Assembly (NCBI RefSeq): GCF_001194135.2
Contig: NC_068988.1
Location: forward strand, 55,510,956 to 55,558,678
Direction of reading: 5' to 3'
DNA length: 47,723 nucleotides
From: Octopus bimaculoides
Lineage: Eukaryota
Every line of letters starts with the position of its first letter. Position 1 is the stretch's first letter. Below the pieces are notes generated by a model. That model did not search any database, was not told the origin of the DNA, and saw only the letters and a list, made by a program, of their open reading frames with translations. Both the position numbers and the translations under genes were made by a program. Shown here one piece after another: positions 1 through 10,901 of the stretch.

Positions 1-298
1 TGTGATTGTCTGGAGGACTATGATAAATAAGAGGGGGCTGAGGACGGAACCTTGGTGGACCCCTACCTCTACCCGGAATTCATTGCTGTACTCATTTCCA
101 ACCCTCACCTTACTGGCAGCATCTCTGTACATGGCTCGCACAGCTCTCACTAACCATTCTTCTATCCCAAGTTTCCTCATTGACCACCAGATAAGGGATC
201 GGGGGACCCTGTCAAAGGCTTTCTCCATGTCAACGAAAGCCAGGTACAGAGGTTTATCCATAGCTAGGTATTTCTCCTGCAGCTGTCTCACTAGAAAT
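1..298 (-). mobile_element. RTE-clade LINE reverse-transcriptase fragment (runs off the window edge)
   Basis: Minus-strand translation is open: LVRQLQEKYLAMDKPLYLAFVDMEKAFDRVPRSLIWWSMRKLG...VGVHQGSVLSPLLFIIVLQ. It contains the FVDxEKAFD and GVxQGSxLSP RT motifs. Confidence 0.9.
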
Positions 299-1689
299 AA
301 GGCATATATATATATTATTCAACTATGGTAGTAGTTGAATAATATTCTTAAGGCCGTAATTTACTCATATGCAGCATCTTTCAGAGCTTGTCACTAATTC
401 AGTCCTTATCCAAATTGAAAACTGTTAACATTTTTGAAGAGGACTGGTCCCTAGCTACATTTTGGTGTAAAAAATTGAGATTTGGTCCAGTAGAAAAAAG
501 TTTACACCTAAATTTCTAGCAATGTTATAGGAGAATAAGTAACACCTCCGATCAAGTTTAGATCTAAATAACTTTTTTTTTAATTTTAAAAACAAAATAT
601 ATTTATCTTAGCTTCAATGATAGATGATAGCATGAAGAATTTCATAGTTTTGCTACCATGCAACAAAAATTTGTATAAAAAAAGTTGTGAGGTAAAATAC
701 CAGGAAAAAAGTAAAAGTAAGGCAAAAAATTGGATTTTAATATAATTAACTTTTTTTAATTTAAAAATAGACTATATTTTAATTGAGCTTAAATGATAGA
801 GCTCAATTTGAGGAATTTCATAGTATCAATCTCATGCAAGAAAAAAGTTATGAGTGTTTATTTCTCAAATTAAATTTCAGAGTGATAATATAGTTCTATA
901 CTTTTTTATGACTATAGTTCTATAAGGGACTTTTAATAAATGTCACCAGCATCATTGAGGTAAGGAAAAGATTATCAAAGACACCGCTAATTGACACATT
1001 TAATGCATTATCAATTAACATAATAGCATAGCCTGGAGAACACATGGATTACATGGAAAAATGCAAGCAAGAGAAATAATATTCTTAAGATTATAAAACT
1101 GGAAAAGTACCGGACTAGTTATTACAACTGGTAAAGTACAGAACAAGTAAAGATTTTTATTGAAAATATTGCAGCTAAGGATAAAATGTGAATATCAAAA
1201 ATTATTTTATTTCAATTTACAAAGTAACATTATAATTAAGAAAGGTATCATTGTTTTGTTAAAATACCGATGCCCTAGAATACTTAAAAAATGAGATCCA
1301 GAAATACCAATATAGCTACAGTTTTATGCAAAGTAGAATAGTATATATGGTAGGCAAATTCATTATGTAAAAAGTAGGCATTGGGTCAAGACTAAAAATG
1401 TGAAGACTTGGCAATAACTTAGGCAATAACTGAAGCAAATTTTACTGTGAATTTGTTGTTATGGGCAGATTTTACCGTAATACATAACTATTTTTTGTAT
1501 TATTCTATTTATTGTACTAATTATGTACTACTATTATTTTTTACAATCTATTTATAATCAATTTTCAAATTTCTAATTATTAATTAATAATTTTAAAAAA
1601 TGAATTTTTTTAAAGTACAAGAAATATTTTGAGTTATTTTTTAAATTTTTAATAGAAGTAACAAGTAATAACAAATAAATTCCCTTTAT

Positions 1690-1890
1690 ACTTCCCATAT
1701 CTCTCCCTTTCCAAAATAACTTCTTATATTGAACTCTACTATTTCCCTCTATTTAATTCTCTCATATCCTCTCTGATGAAGGGATATACCTCATGTCCCT
1801 GAAACAGCTGTAAGACTACCTTTCTTTTTATAAATGTCCTAGAAATTTCACACTGCCTTGATTTTGTTGTTTCATTTTATTTAACATATA
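1690..1890 (+). mobile_element. Probable Penelope-like element terminal-repeat fragment containing a hammerhead motif
   Basis: Pyrimidine-rich flank around CTGATGA-stem-GAAAC. Boundaries are approximate and the class is inferred from the known PLE-hammerhead association. Confidence 0.45.
1770..1815 (+). ncRNA. Minimal type I hammerhead ribozyme motif
   Basis: TCT | CTGATGA | AGGGATAT-acctc-ATGTCCCT (8-bp stem II, one G-U) | GAAAC-AGCT-GT-A | AGA. Core is intact, the cleavage triplet is GUA, and stem III ACAGCTGT is palindromic. Confidence 0.7.
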
Positions 1891-1894
1891 TGTA

Positions 1895-1944
<50 letters not shown>

Positions 1945-2042
1945 CACACACACACATACATATATACTTTCAAACATATATGCATGTGCAAGAATTTTGT
2001 CATACTGAATATGTCAAATATCAAAACAATTTTAATTTACAG

Positions 2043-2280
2043 TTAAATGCACACAATCCCGTGAACAAATAATCTGGAAAGAAAAGACCCGGAAAGTCAA
2101 GCGTGATGTGGTTCTTATCCTTGATGAACACAAGCTTATTGCTAAAGAGCCAGCACACAATTATGTCTACAGTTTGTTTGAGCAAGTTCAGGTTAAAGAC
2201 GCTAGGCTAGGCCTTGTGGCTTATGGTGGGACTTATGGTGGTACGACTGAACACGCTAATGTCTACACAATTGAAGGACA
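2043..2280 (+). CDS. Apolipophorin/vitellogenin-like protein, C-terminal region, first exon in window (gene starts upstream)
   Basis: tttaatttacag acceptor and gtaagg donor. Open frame KCTQSREQIIWKEKTRKVKRDVVLILDEHK...ARLGLVAYGG...TIEG. The phase-2 end joins exon 4718 to give CAA. Confidence 0.75.
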
Positions 2281-2380
2281 GTAAGGAAGTATTTCACTCT
2301 CTTTCTCTCATATCTACGCACACACTTAGGCACACACACATGCCATAGGAAAATAAGAAATATATAATTTGTATGTTATA

Positions 2381-2415
<35 letters not shown>

Positions 2416-2499
2416 ATATATATATATTTAAATTGAAAAAAAATAGAGTCAGCAAGAAGGAGTATGGCTAGACAGCTATTTAATATACACTACACATGT

Positions 2500-2683
2500 T
2501 TTGATACAACATAGATCCACATATACACAAGACTTAAATTAAGGCTGAACGAGCTCTTAGGAATGAGAACCCAGGTTCAAAATTTCCCCGAGAAACCTGA
2601 TGAAGGCTGGAGGGTATATTAGCCGAAAAGTTGTGTTAACAACAAACAAGATGAGGACATATATCTGTCAAATGTAAATAATA
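2500..2683 (+). mobile_element. Penelope-like element 3' end with a degenerate hammerhead (2592-2637)
   Basis: GAAAC CTGATGA A GGCTG-gagggtatat-TAGCC GAAA A GTT GTGTT, preceded by a ...QDLN* ending reminiscent of a GIY-YIG C-terminus. Confidence 0.55.
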
Positions 2684-2747
2684 GAGCTCTGTTTTGTACT
2701 CTACTACATTCCTAATGGAATACACCTTAAAATTATATATATATATA

Positions 2748-4006
2748 TCAGGCTGAGTAAAAAGTAAGCAACGTTTTGAAACTTGAAATTCATCATAATA
2801 TATTTCAACAATGTGAAAATTTTATTCATCAAAGTAAGTACCATTACAATCAACACATTTTTACCAATAAATTACAAGTTTGTTTATTCAGGCAACATAA
2901 AAATCTGGAGTTCTGAAGTTGATGAACTCTTTGAATGCACTTTCAGCTTCGGGTTGATTTTTTTAACTCCTTCTCTCACAAGAAACCATCAAGGTGCTTG
3001 AAAAAGTGGTAGTCAGTAGGTCTGGGGAATAAGGGTGGAGAAGAACTTTGTAGCCAAGTTCCCTCAACTTCTGGAGCATCATTAGTGAAACATGTGAAGG
3101 AGCATTGTCATGAAGAATGATTGGCCCTCTTCTGTTGACCAGTGTGGGATGGAAGAGTAGCTGTTTTGGCAATTTCATGGCAATATGTTTCTACAGTAAC
3201 AGTTTTTCCAGGTTTTAAGAAGTTATAGTGGATGAGTCCAGCAGTACACCACCAAACAGTCACCATAACCTTCTTTTTGAAGAGCTCAGGTTTAGGGAAG
3301 GTTTCCAATGCTCCATTTTGGTCTAACCACTGCGAAGAATGTTTTTCTATTATTGTACAGAATCCACTTTTCATTGCAAGTTACAATACAGTTGAGAAAT
3401 GGATTGGTCTGGTTATGGAGAAGAAGCAACGAGCAAATTTCATATCTGCACATTTTCTGATTTTCATTCAAATCGTGTGGTACCCATTTATTGAGCTTTT
3501 TTGATTTTCCAATCACATGCAAATGGTTGCAGGCATTTTTCTGGCTAACTTGAAGTTCTTTTGCCAGTTCTCAAGTGGTTTTACATGAATCTTTCTCAAT
3601 GACAGTCTTTAATTGACCATCATTGTTGACAGATAGGTGTCCACTATGCTCAAGGCTCGGGTCTCCACTGCAAAATCGTTTAAACCATTTTCAAGCTGAC
3701 CACTCACTGCTCATTTCCTCACCAAACGTTTTGTTGATACTGTGAGCAGTTTCAGCTGCTTTATGTCCTTTTTTTAAGTTGAATAGCAAAATTGCTCGAA
3801 TACCACGCTTTGACAGTTCCATTTCAGATGATTGTAACAACAGTGAAAAAGATATCATTGTTAATTTATTGATGCATTTGGAGAAGTCTATGTCTCTGTT
3901 ATCAGAAAATTTGCAAAAAAATTTTTTTAAAAATTCAGAATTCTGCAAAAACCCGATACAAATTCTTCATGGTTCCAAAATGTTACTTACTTTTTACTCA
4001 ACCTGA
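2748..4006 (-). mobile_element. Full-length (1259 bp) decayed mariner transposon
   Basis: TIRs TCAGG(C/T)TGAGTAAAAAGTAAG at both ends with TA on each side. Frameshifted transposase from ATG 3822: MELSKRGIRAILLF..GHKAAETA, KWVPHDL, VTCNEKW, LHDNAPSH, HPYSPDL. Confidence 0.92.
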
Positions 4007-4019
4007 TATATATATATAT

Positions 4020-4200
4020 ATAGTTCACTCTGTAAGGTGGGTAGTGTTAGGAAGGGCATCTAGCCATAAAAACCCTGCCAGAACAGACAAAGGAGCCTGG
4101 TGCAATCTTCAGCCAAGCCAGCCCCTATCAAACTGTCCCAGCCCATGCCAACATGGAAAATGGATTTTAAATGATGATGATGATGATGATGATGATATAA
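4020..4200 (+). mobile_element. SINE/LINE-tail repeat, working family V (aggaagggcatc core, (GAT)n tail)
   Basis: Homologous to copies at 6035-6240, 14705-15021 and 18781-18960. The core resembles the V-SINE domain as I recall it. Confidence 0.7.
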
Positions 4201-4717
4201 ACCATAAAAGGCCGGGAGGTATGAGAGATGTATATATTTATTTAACCACTTGACATCTTATGATTACGACCATTTCTCAGCCTTCTTCATGTAGTAATGA
4301 TTTCAGTGTGGAATTACATTATATTTACATTTTTGCATCAATATGCATACCATGCGTTATACACTACAGCTGTATATTTAATATATCAATGCAAATAATG
4401 AAAGCTACCTCGTTAGATCACCAGAACATAGCAGGTGTTAAGAATGAAGTTTAGATGGAAAGTTATGCATGCAGATGCCACAAAAAGAAAATTACAGATA
4501 ATTTGTTTGATAGCTTTTGACTGTCATTTGATTCCCATTATCGTTATGTGACTATTGTCATGTGATACCTTTATACCATGTGATTTCCTTTGATTAGATT
4601 TGCTGTCATGTGATTTTTTTTTTTTTTTTTTTTTTTTGGTTAGGTGATACTTTTCAGTCATGACACACTTTATTTTCTTAATAATATGACTTCTTTTTTC
4701 TTCTACTTCTCTTTCAG

Positions 4718-4997
4718 ATATTTTGGAACTGAAGACAACATCCACTTGGCCTTGAAGAACTTAAAGAAGTCAAGTCAAGGCAAACGTGGAGTAGACCATG
4801 ATGGCCATGGTCACCAGAGCCATGGACATCATGATAAGCACTTTCATAAAGGACACAAAAGTCCATTGTACACTCCGCACAACTCTCATCATTTTGGCCA
4901 CCAGCTTAGCCCACTTCATGAAGCCCTATTATGGGCAGCTGACTACCCATTTAAGAAAGATTCTGGACGTATGATTATGATATTTGCTGATATTACG
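4718..4997 (+). CDS. Apolipophorin/vitellogenin-like protein exon with His-rich insert
   Basis: ctctttcag acceptor and gtatgt donor; 1+279 nt. YFGTEDNIHLALKNLKK...LSPLHEALLWAADYPFKKDSGRMIMIFADIT; the A-x-x-YPF motif recalls the apolipophorin C-terminal domain. Confidence 0.8.
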
Positions 4998-5389
4998 GTA
5001 TGTTAAGATGTCCTAGATCCCCTTGCATGACTATATATATTTTTTATATTTTATTCTCTTCTCCTCTTCTTCTTCCGTTTTTTTGCTATTATTATGATTA
5101 TTATTATTATTTTATGTTTGACTTTTGCTTTGCATTTGTACAAGTTGGAGCCAAGTTTCACCCAGAGACCTCAAGAGACAACAATTTAGAAGTTCATGTA
5201 GGTGTTATACCTAGGGTACCATATATTTGAATTTGTACAGTGTTGTTCTAGAGAATGTGTAAGAAACCATAAGAAAATTATGTGTTTGTTTTAAAATTTG
5301 AGATCACATAGACAGTATTTTATGTAGGATATGGGCAGTTCCCATGAGCACTATCTTTTGAACTTCAGCCATTTTGGGGTTTCCTGGTT

Positions 5390-5466
5390 ACTATTATTAT
5401 TATTATTATCATCACCATTATTATCATCATCATTTGTATTATTATTATTTTCATTATTATTATTAC

Positions 5467-5499
<33 letters not shown>

Positions 5500-5522
5500 C
5501 ATCATCATCATTATTATTATTA

Positions 5523-5566
<44 letters not shown>

Positions 5567-5578
5567 ATTATTATTTAA
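5390..5578. repeat. (ATT)n/(CAT)n microsatellite
   Basis: Directly visible. It explains the poly-Leu and poly-Tyr ORFs. Confidence 0.95.
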
Positions 5579-7150
5579 GACAGTGAGCTGGCAGAATCGT
5601 TAGCATGCCAGGCAAAATGCTTGGCGTCATTTCCTCTGTCTTTATGTTCCGAGTTGAAATTCTGCTGAAGTTGACTTTTGCCTTTCATCCTTTTGAGGTT
5701 GATAAATTAAGTACCAGTGAAATACTGGAGTCGATGTAACTGATTAGCCTCCTGCTCCCAAATTTCAGGCATTGAGCCTTCAGTAGAAAGGATTATCATT
5801 ATTATTATTATTATGAAGGTGGTGTGCTGGCAGATTCGCTAGCATGTTAAAATTCCACCAAAGTCGGCTTTGTCCTTCATAATTTTGGAGTAAATAAAAT
5901 AAGCACTAGTGAAACACTGTGTTAATGTAATCGACCTGCCCCCACACACCTACCAAATTTCAGGCCTTGTGCCTATAATATAAAGGGATTATTATTATTA
6001 TCATTATTATTATTATCCAAACGTAATCGATGCCAAGCCTGCCTGACTGGCTCCTGTGCCAGTGGCTCATAAAAAGCACCCACTACACTCTTGGAGTGGT
6101 TGGCATTAGGAAAGGCATCCAGCTGTAGAAACATTGCCAGATCAGATTGGAGCCTGGTGCAGCCGCTGACTCTCCAAAAGCTCAGTCAAACCGTCCATCC
6201 CATGCCAGCATGGAAAGTGGATATTAAATGATGATGATTATTATTATTATTGTTAAGGCAATGGGCTGGTAGAATCATCAGTATGCCAGGTGAAATGCTT
6301 AGTGGTATTTCATCTGTCTTCAGATTCTGAGTTCACATTCTGCCAAGGTTGACTTTGCGTTTCATCCCTTTGGGGTCAATAAATTAAGTACTCATGAAAC
6401 ACTGGAGTCGATGTAATCATTAGTGCGCTGGACGAAATGCTTAGTGGCATTTCACCCGTCGCTATGTTCTGAATTCAAATTCTGCCGAGGTTGACTTTGC
6501 CTTTCCTTTCAGGGTTGATTAAATAAGTACCAGTTATGCACCGGGGTTGGTGTCATTAACTTAATCCCCTCCCCCAAGCTGCTCTTGAGGCAAAAATTTG
6601 AAATCATCATCACCATCATCATTATTATTACTATTATTTAAGGCAGTGAGCTGGCAGAATCGTTAGCATGCCGGGCAAAATGCTTACCAATATTTCACCA
6701 GTTGCTATGCTCTGAGTTCAAATTCCGTTGAGGTTGACTTTACCTTTCATCCTTTCGTGGTCAGTAAATTAAGTACCAGTGAAACACTGGGGTCAATGTA
6801 CGACTAGTTCCTTCTGGGGTCAAGTAATTGACTAGTTCCCTCCCACTCAAAATTTCAGGCCTTGCACCTTTAGTAGAAAGGATTATTATTATTATTATTA
6901 ATTATCATCATCATCATTATTATTATTATTATTTAAGGTGGCCAACTGGCAGAATTGTTAGAATGCTGGACAAAATGCTTAGTGGTATTTTGTCCATTTT
7001 TATGTTCTGAGTTCAAATTCCACTGAGGTTGACTTAGCTTTTCATCCTTTTGGGGTCTATAAAATAAGTACCAGTTGAACACTGGGGTCGATGTAATTGA
7101 CTTACCACCTCCCCTAAAATTGCTGGCCTTGTGCCAAAATGCAAAACTAA
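5579..7150 (+). mobile_element. Stack of about six tRNA-derived SINE copies (working family A) plus one family V copy
   Basis: Repeated A-box tggcagaatcgttag, B-box gagttcaaattc, core gactttgcctttcatcctttcggggtcgataaattaagtaccag and (ATT)n tails, all on +. Confidence 0.9.
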
Positions 7151-7230
7151 TATCTATAGCTGGATATAGTGCCTGATTTTGTTTTCAATATATTGATCTT
7201 ATTAAAATGTTTTCTCTATCATATTTTCAG

Positions 7231-7407
7231 ACGTTGCAGAATACGACTGATCTGTCTCACATAGTGTCCATGTTAGCGAAAAGAGACATTGTAGTCAACA
7301 TCTTCACTGACACATCAAAAATAATGAACAAAAAATATTATGGACTGACCCATCAAGGAAAAGTTTTCCACAAAGCAAAGAAAAATATTGAAATCAAAAT
7401 ACCTACT
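7231..7407 (+). CDS. Apolipophorin/vitellogenin-like protein exon
   Basis: atattttcag acceptor and gtaagt donor; 177 nt, phase 0/0. TLQNTTDLSHIVSMLAKRDIVVNIF...IEIKIPT. Confidence 0.8.
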
Positions 7408-7534
7408 GTAAGTGAAATTGTTCTCATCTTCTTTGCTTTGCTTTTCCTTTTCATTAATTTTACCAGATCAATTGATCAGTTGAGCCATCCATCCATCCAT
7501 TTTTCTGCTCACTTATTCCTAAGGGTCAGTACAA

Positions 7535-7580
<46 letters not shown>

Positions 7581-7961
7581 NNNNNNNNNNNNNNNNNNNN
7601 NNNNNNNNNNNNNNNNNNNNNNNNNNNNNNNNNNNNNNNNNNNNNNNNNNNNNNNNNNNNNNNNNNNNNNNNNNNNNNNNNNNNNNNNNNNNNNNNNNNN
7701 NNNNNNNNNNNNNNNNNNNNNNNNNTTTTATTAGTCACATATTAAATGAAGCGCTTTTCACCTAATTGTGTAGGTCTTTCAAATTGTTTTTGAAAAAACA
7801 CGACTAGGTGAAAAGCACTTCATTTAATATGTGACATTAATAAAAATCTGTAAATGTACAAACATCCAGGTTTCTGAGTACCTTAATTAACTTTTTTCTA
7901 TATAATTTCTGTACATCACCTCCAAACCTTCAAATATATATATATATATATATATATATTC

Positions 7962-8670
7962 ATGCTCTGAGGTCGACTTTGCCTTTCATCCTTTTGGGGT
8001 CGACAAATTAAGTACCAGTGAAACATTGTGGTCGATGTAATCGACTATTCCCCTCCCTTCAAATTTCAGGCCTTGTGCCTATAGTAGAAAGGAGGCTGTG
8101 TGGTAAGTAGCTCACTCACCAACCTCATGGTCCCGGGTTCAGTCCCACTGCGTGGAACCTTGGGTAAGTGTCTTCTACTATAGCCTCGGGCCGACCAAAG
8201 CCTTGTGTGTGGATTTGTTAGACGGAAACTGGAAGAAGCCCGTCATATATATATATGGGTGTGTGTGTGTGTATGTTTGTGTGTCTGTTTGTCCCCCCAG
8301 CATCAGTTGACAACCGATGCTGGTGCTTGCGTCCCCGTAACTTAGCGGTTCAGTAAAAGAGGATAAGTACTAAGGCTTACAAAGAATAAGCTCTGGTGTC
8401 AATTTGCTCGACTACAAAGGCAGTGCTCCAGCATGGCCACAGTCAAGTGACTGAAACAAGTAAAAGATAAAAGAGAAGGTGGTAGAGTCGTAAGCATACC
8501 GAGCAAAATGCTTAGTAGTATTTCACTTGTCTGCACACTCTGAGTTCAAATTCTGCTGTGGTTGACTTATTTTATAGGCTAAGTACCAGTTGAGCATTGG
8601 GGTTGGTGTATTCAACTTGCCCCCTCCTCTGAAATTGCTGGCCTTGTGCCAAAATTTGAAATCACTATTA
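7962..8670 (+). mobile_element. SINE cluster: truncated family A, full family B (8093-8474), family A
   Basis: Family B has a tRNA-like head ggctgtgtggtaagtagc...gggttcagtccc, accttggg(c/t)aagtgtctt and an internal (TA)/(TG) tract; many homologues in the window. Confidence 0.85.
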
Positions 8671-8837
8671 TGATTATCATTCAATATCTGTCATGTACAA
8701 GTACGTGCGTATTCATCATTATTGCATTTATTTTATTCAATTTTAGTAAAATTGAAGCACGTCTTGACAATTTGTGTATTTTGAATTATTTTGTGCATAA
8801 GTTTTGGGCCATCCTGTATATGTAGTTATACATATGT

Positions 8838-9170
8838 GTGTGGTTTCGATTCCCAGAATGGGCGTTGTGAGTGTTTATTGAGCGAAAACACCTAAAGCTC
8901 CACGAGGCTCCCGCACGGGATGGTGGCGAACCCTGCTGTACTCTTTCACCACAACTTTCTCTCACTCTTATTTCCTGTTTCTGTTGTACCTTAATTCAAA
9001 GGGTCAGCCTTGTCACACTGAATCTCTCCGAGAACTACGTTAAGGGTACACGTGTCTGTGGAGTGCTCAGCCACTTGCACGTTAATTTCACGAGCAGGCT
9101 GTTCCATTGATTGGATCAACTAGAACCCTCGACGTTGTAAGCGACAGAGTGCCAACAACAACAACAACAA
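8838..9170 (+). mobile_element. tRNA-derived SINE, working family D, (AAC)n tail
   Basis: Near-complete reverse-complement match to 28766-29092; B-box-like ggtttcgattccc. Confidence 0.8.
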
Positions 9171-9460
9171 CATATGTGTGAGTGCATATAACATTTAGTA
9201 AAGCAGTGTGTGTGTGTTGCTGTTCATTGTTTCATGTTTCTGGACCTTGTTTGTATGTATCTCACTTATGCTGTTGATACAAGAAAGAATATCCTACCAT
9301 TTTGTATGTTCTCTACAAATCCTGTTAAAATTAAATATCTAGATATGAAACTATAATCTAGTATTAATGACCTGTTAGGACACTGTTTGAATTTATTTAT
9401 TGATATCTTCATTCAGATTGCAGTGTTTTAGTTCTAAATTTTCTCATCTGTCCATTACAG

Positions 9461-9676
9461 GATGAATTCTTCAAACTGATCTTCCTTACCCGTGGCAATT
9501 TATATAATGCGAAGCTGATCCTTTCACAGAACAGTGGTTTCATACGTGTAATTAATGATCAACTGGAGGCACAGATGTCAGAGAAACGATGTAGAAATTG
9601 CAAATGTATTTACAGCAAAGAGAAACGGAAGAGTGTAGTGTATTGTGTTGCAGATGATTTGAGCAGTAAATGCTGA
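9461..9676 (+). CDS. Apolipophorin/vitellogenin-like protein, terminal coding exon
   Basis: tccattacag acceptor; 72 codons DEFFKLIFLTRGNLYNAK...RCRNCKCIYSKEKRKSVVYCVADDLSSKC*. A terminal CxxCxC...C cluster is typical of this domain. Confidence 0.8.
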   Translation, partial: DEFFKLIFLTRGNLYNAKLILSQNSGFIRVINDQLEAQMSEKRCRNCKCIYSKEKRKSVVYCVADDLSSKC

Positions 9677-10528
9677 TCAGAAGTTTAAAAAAAAAAGGCT
9701 TTTTCAAGAAAGTTCCAAGGACGTTTTGAAAAGAAAAAACAAAAAAAACAAACTGGGAAGAACTTTAAGCATTTTTAAGAAACATTACAGAANNNNNNNN
9801 NNNNNNNNNNNNNNNNNNNNNNNNNNNNNNNNNNNNNNNNNNNNNNNNNNNNNNNNNNNNNNNNNNNNNNNNNNNNNNNNNNNNNNNNNNNNNNNNNNNN
9901 NNNNNNNNNNNNNNNNNNNNNNNNNNNNNNNNNNNNNNNNNNNNNNNNNNNNNNNNNNNNNNNNNNNNNNNNNNNNNNNNNNNNNNNNNNNNNNNNNNNN
10001 NNNNNNNNNNNNNNNNNNNNNNNNNNNNNNNNNNNNNNNNNNNNNNNNNNNNNNNNNNNNNNNNNNNNNNNNNNNNNNNNNNNNNNNNNNNNNNNNNNNN
10101 NNNNNNNNNNNNNNNNNNNNNNNNNNNNNNNNNNNNNNNNNNNNNNNNNNNNNNNNNNNNNNNNNNNNNNNNNNNNNNNNNNNNNNNNNNNNNNNNNNNN
10201 NNNNNNNNNNNNNNNNNNNNNNNNNNNNNNNNNNNNNNNNNNNNNNNNNNNNNNNNNNNNNNNNNNNNNNNNNNNNNNNNNNNNNNNNNNNNNNNNNNNN
10301 NNNNNNNATATATACATATCGAAATGCCGGTGTTAAAACGGGGGTAGCTGATGAAGGAGAATGTTCTCTATGTGGCTTGTGTGTTTTCTCGTCTACGTTT
10401 TGTTTGCAATGTCCTGTACCCAGATATGCACCTATACATACAGGTGGATGTCGGTATGCACATACCTGTACGTATATATGCATATACTCATTTACTATTT
10501 GTTTATACATATATATATATATATATAT

Positions 10529-10690
10529 TGACGAATGACAGGTTTGCAGGAAGGTGTCGTAGAATTGGTCTTTCTGCCCATCCGGTAGCCCCGGTTGAGG
10601 GGCATAGGCTGAGATGACGGTAGCTAACCTATGATGAAGCACTAGCCTAATCTTAAGTACTCTGTCACATATTCTGACTACTTTGATTAT
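10529..10690 (-). mobile_element. RTE LINE AP-endonuclease fragment
   Basis: IIKVVRICDRVLKIRLVLHHRLATVISAYAPQPGLPDGQKDQFYDTFLQ, with the SAYAPQ motif. Confidence 0.85.
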
Positions 10691-10715
10691 ATACATATGT
10701 GTATATACATATATA

Positions 10716-10746
<31 letters not shown>

Positions 10747-10901
10747 TGGAATATATATGCATAGACCAAGAAAGAGAGAGTTGGATAATATTGTGCATTA
10801 CTGAACCATGGACAGAATCCCGCATCTTAACTGTTGTTCTGCCTCACCATGCCATTAACCCACTGGTTTACTGGGTCTCCCACTTCTAGGTTCAGTAAAA
10901 A

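Noticed and set aside
590-850. Two diverged copies of an aatgataga...gaatttcatagt...catgcaa motif
   Set aside because: Probably subterminal repeats of a DNA transposon relic, but no TIR or TSD could be defined.
5331-5586. Poly-Leu, poly-Tyr/His ORFs
   Set aside because: Translations of an intronic (ATT/CAT)n microsatellite.
8690-8820. Single Tc1-like end (reverse of cagGATGGCCCAAAACTTATGCAC)
   Set aside because: No partner TIR found, so the element cannot be delimited.
10345-10375. CTGATGA followed by a short stem
   Set aside because: No GAAA after the stem, so it is not a hammerhead.
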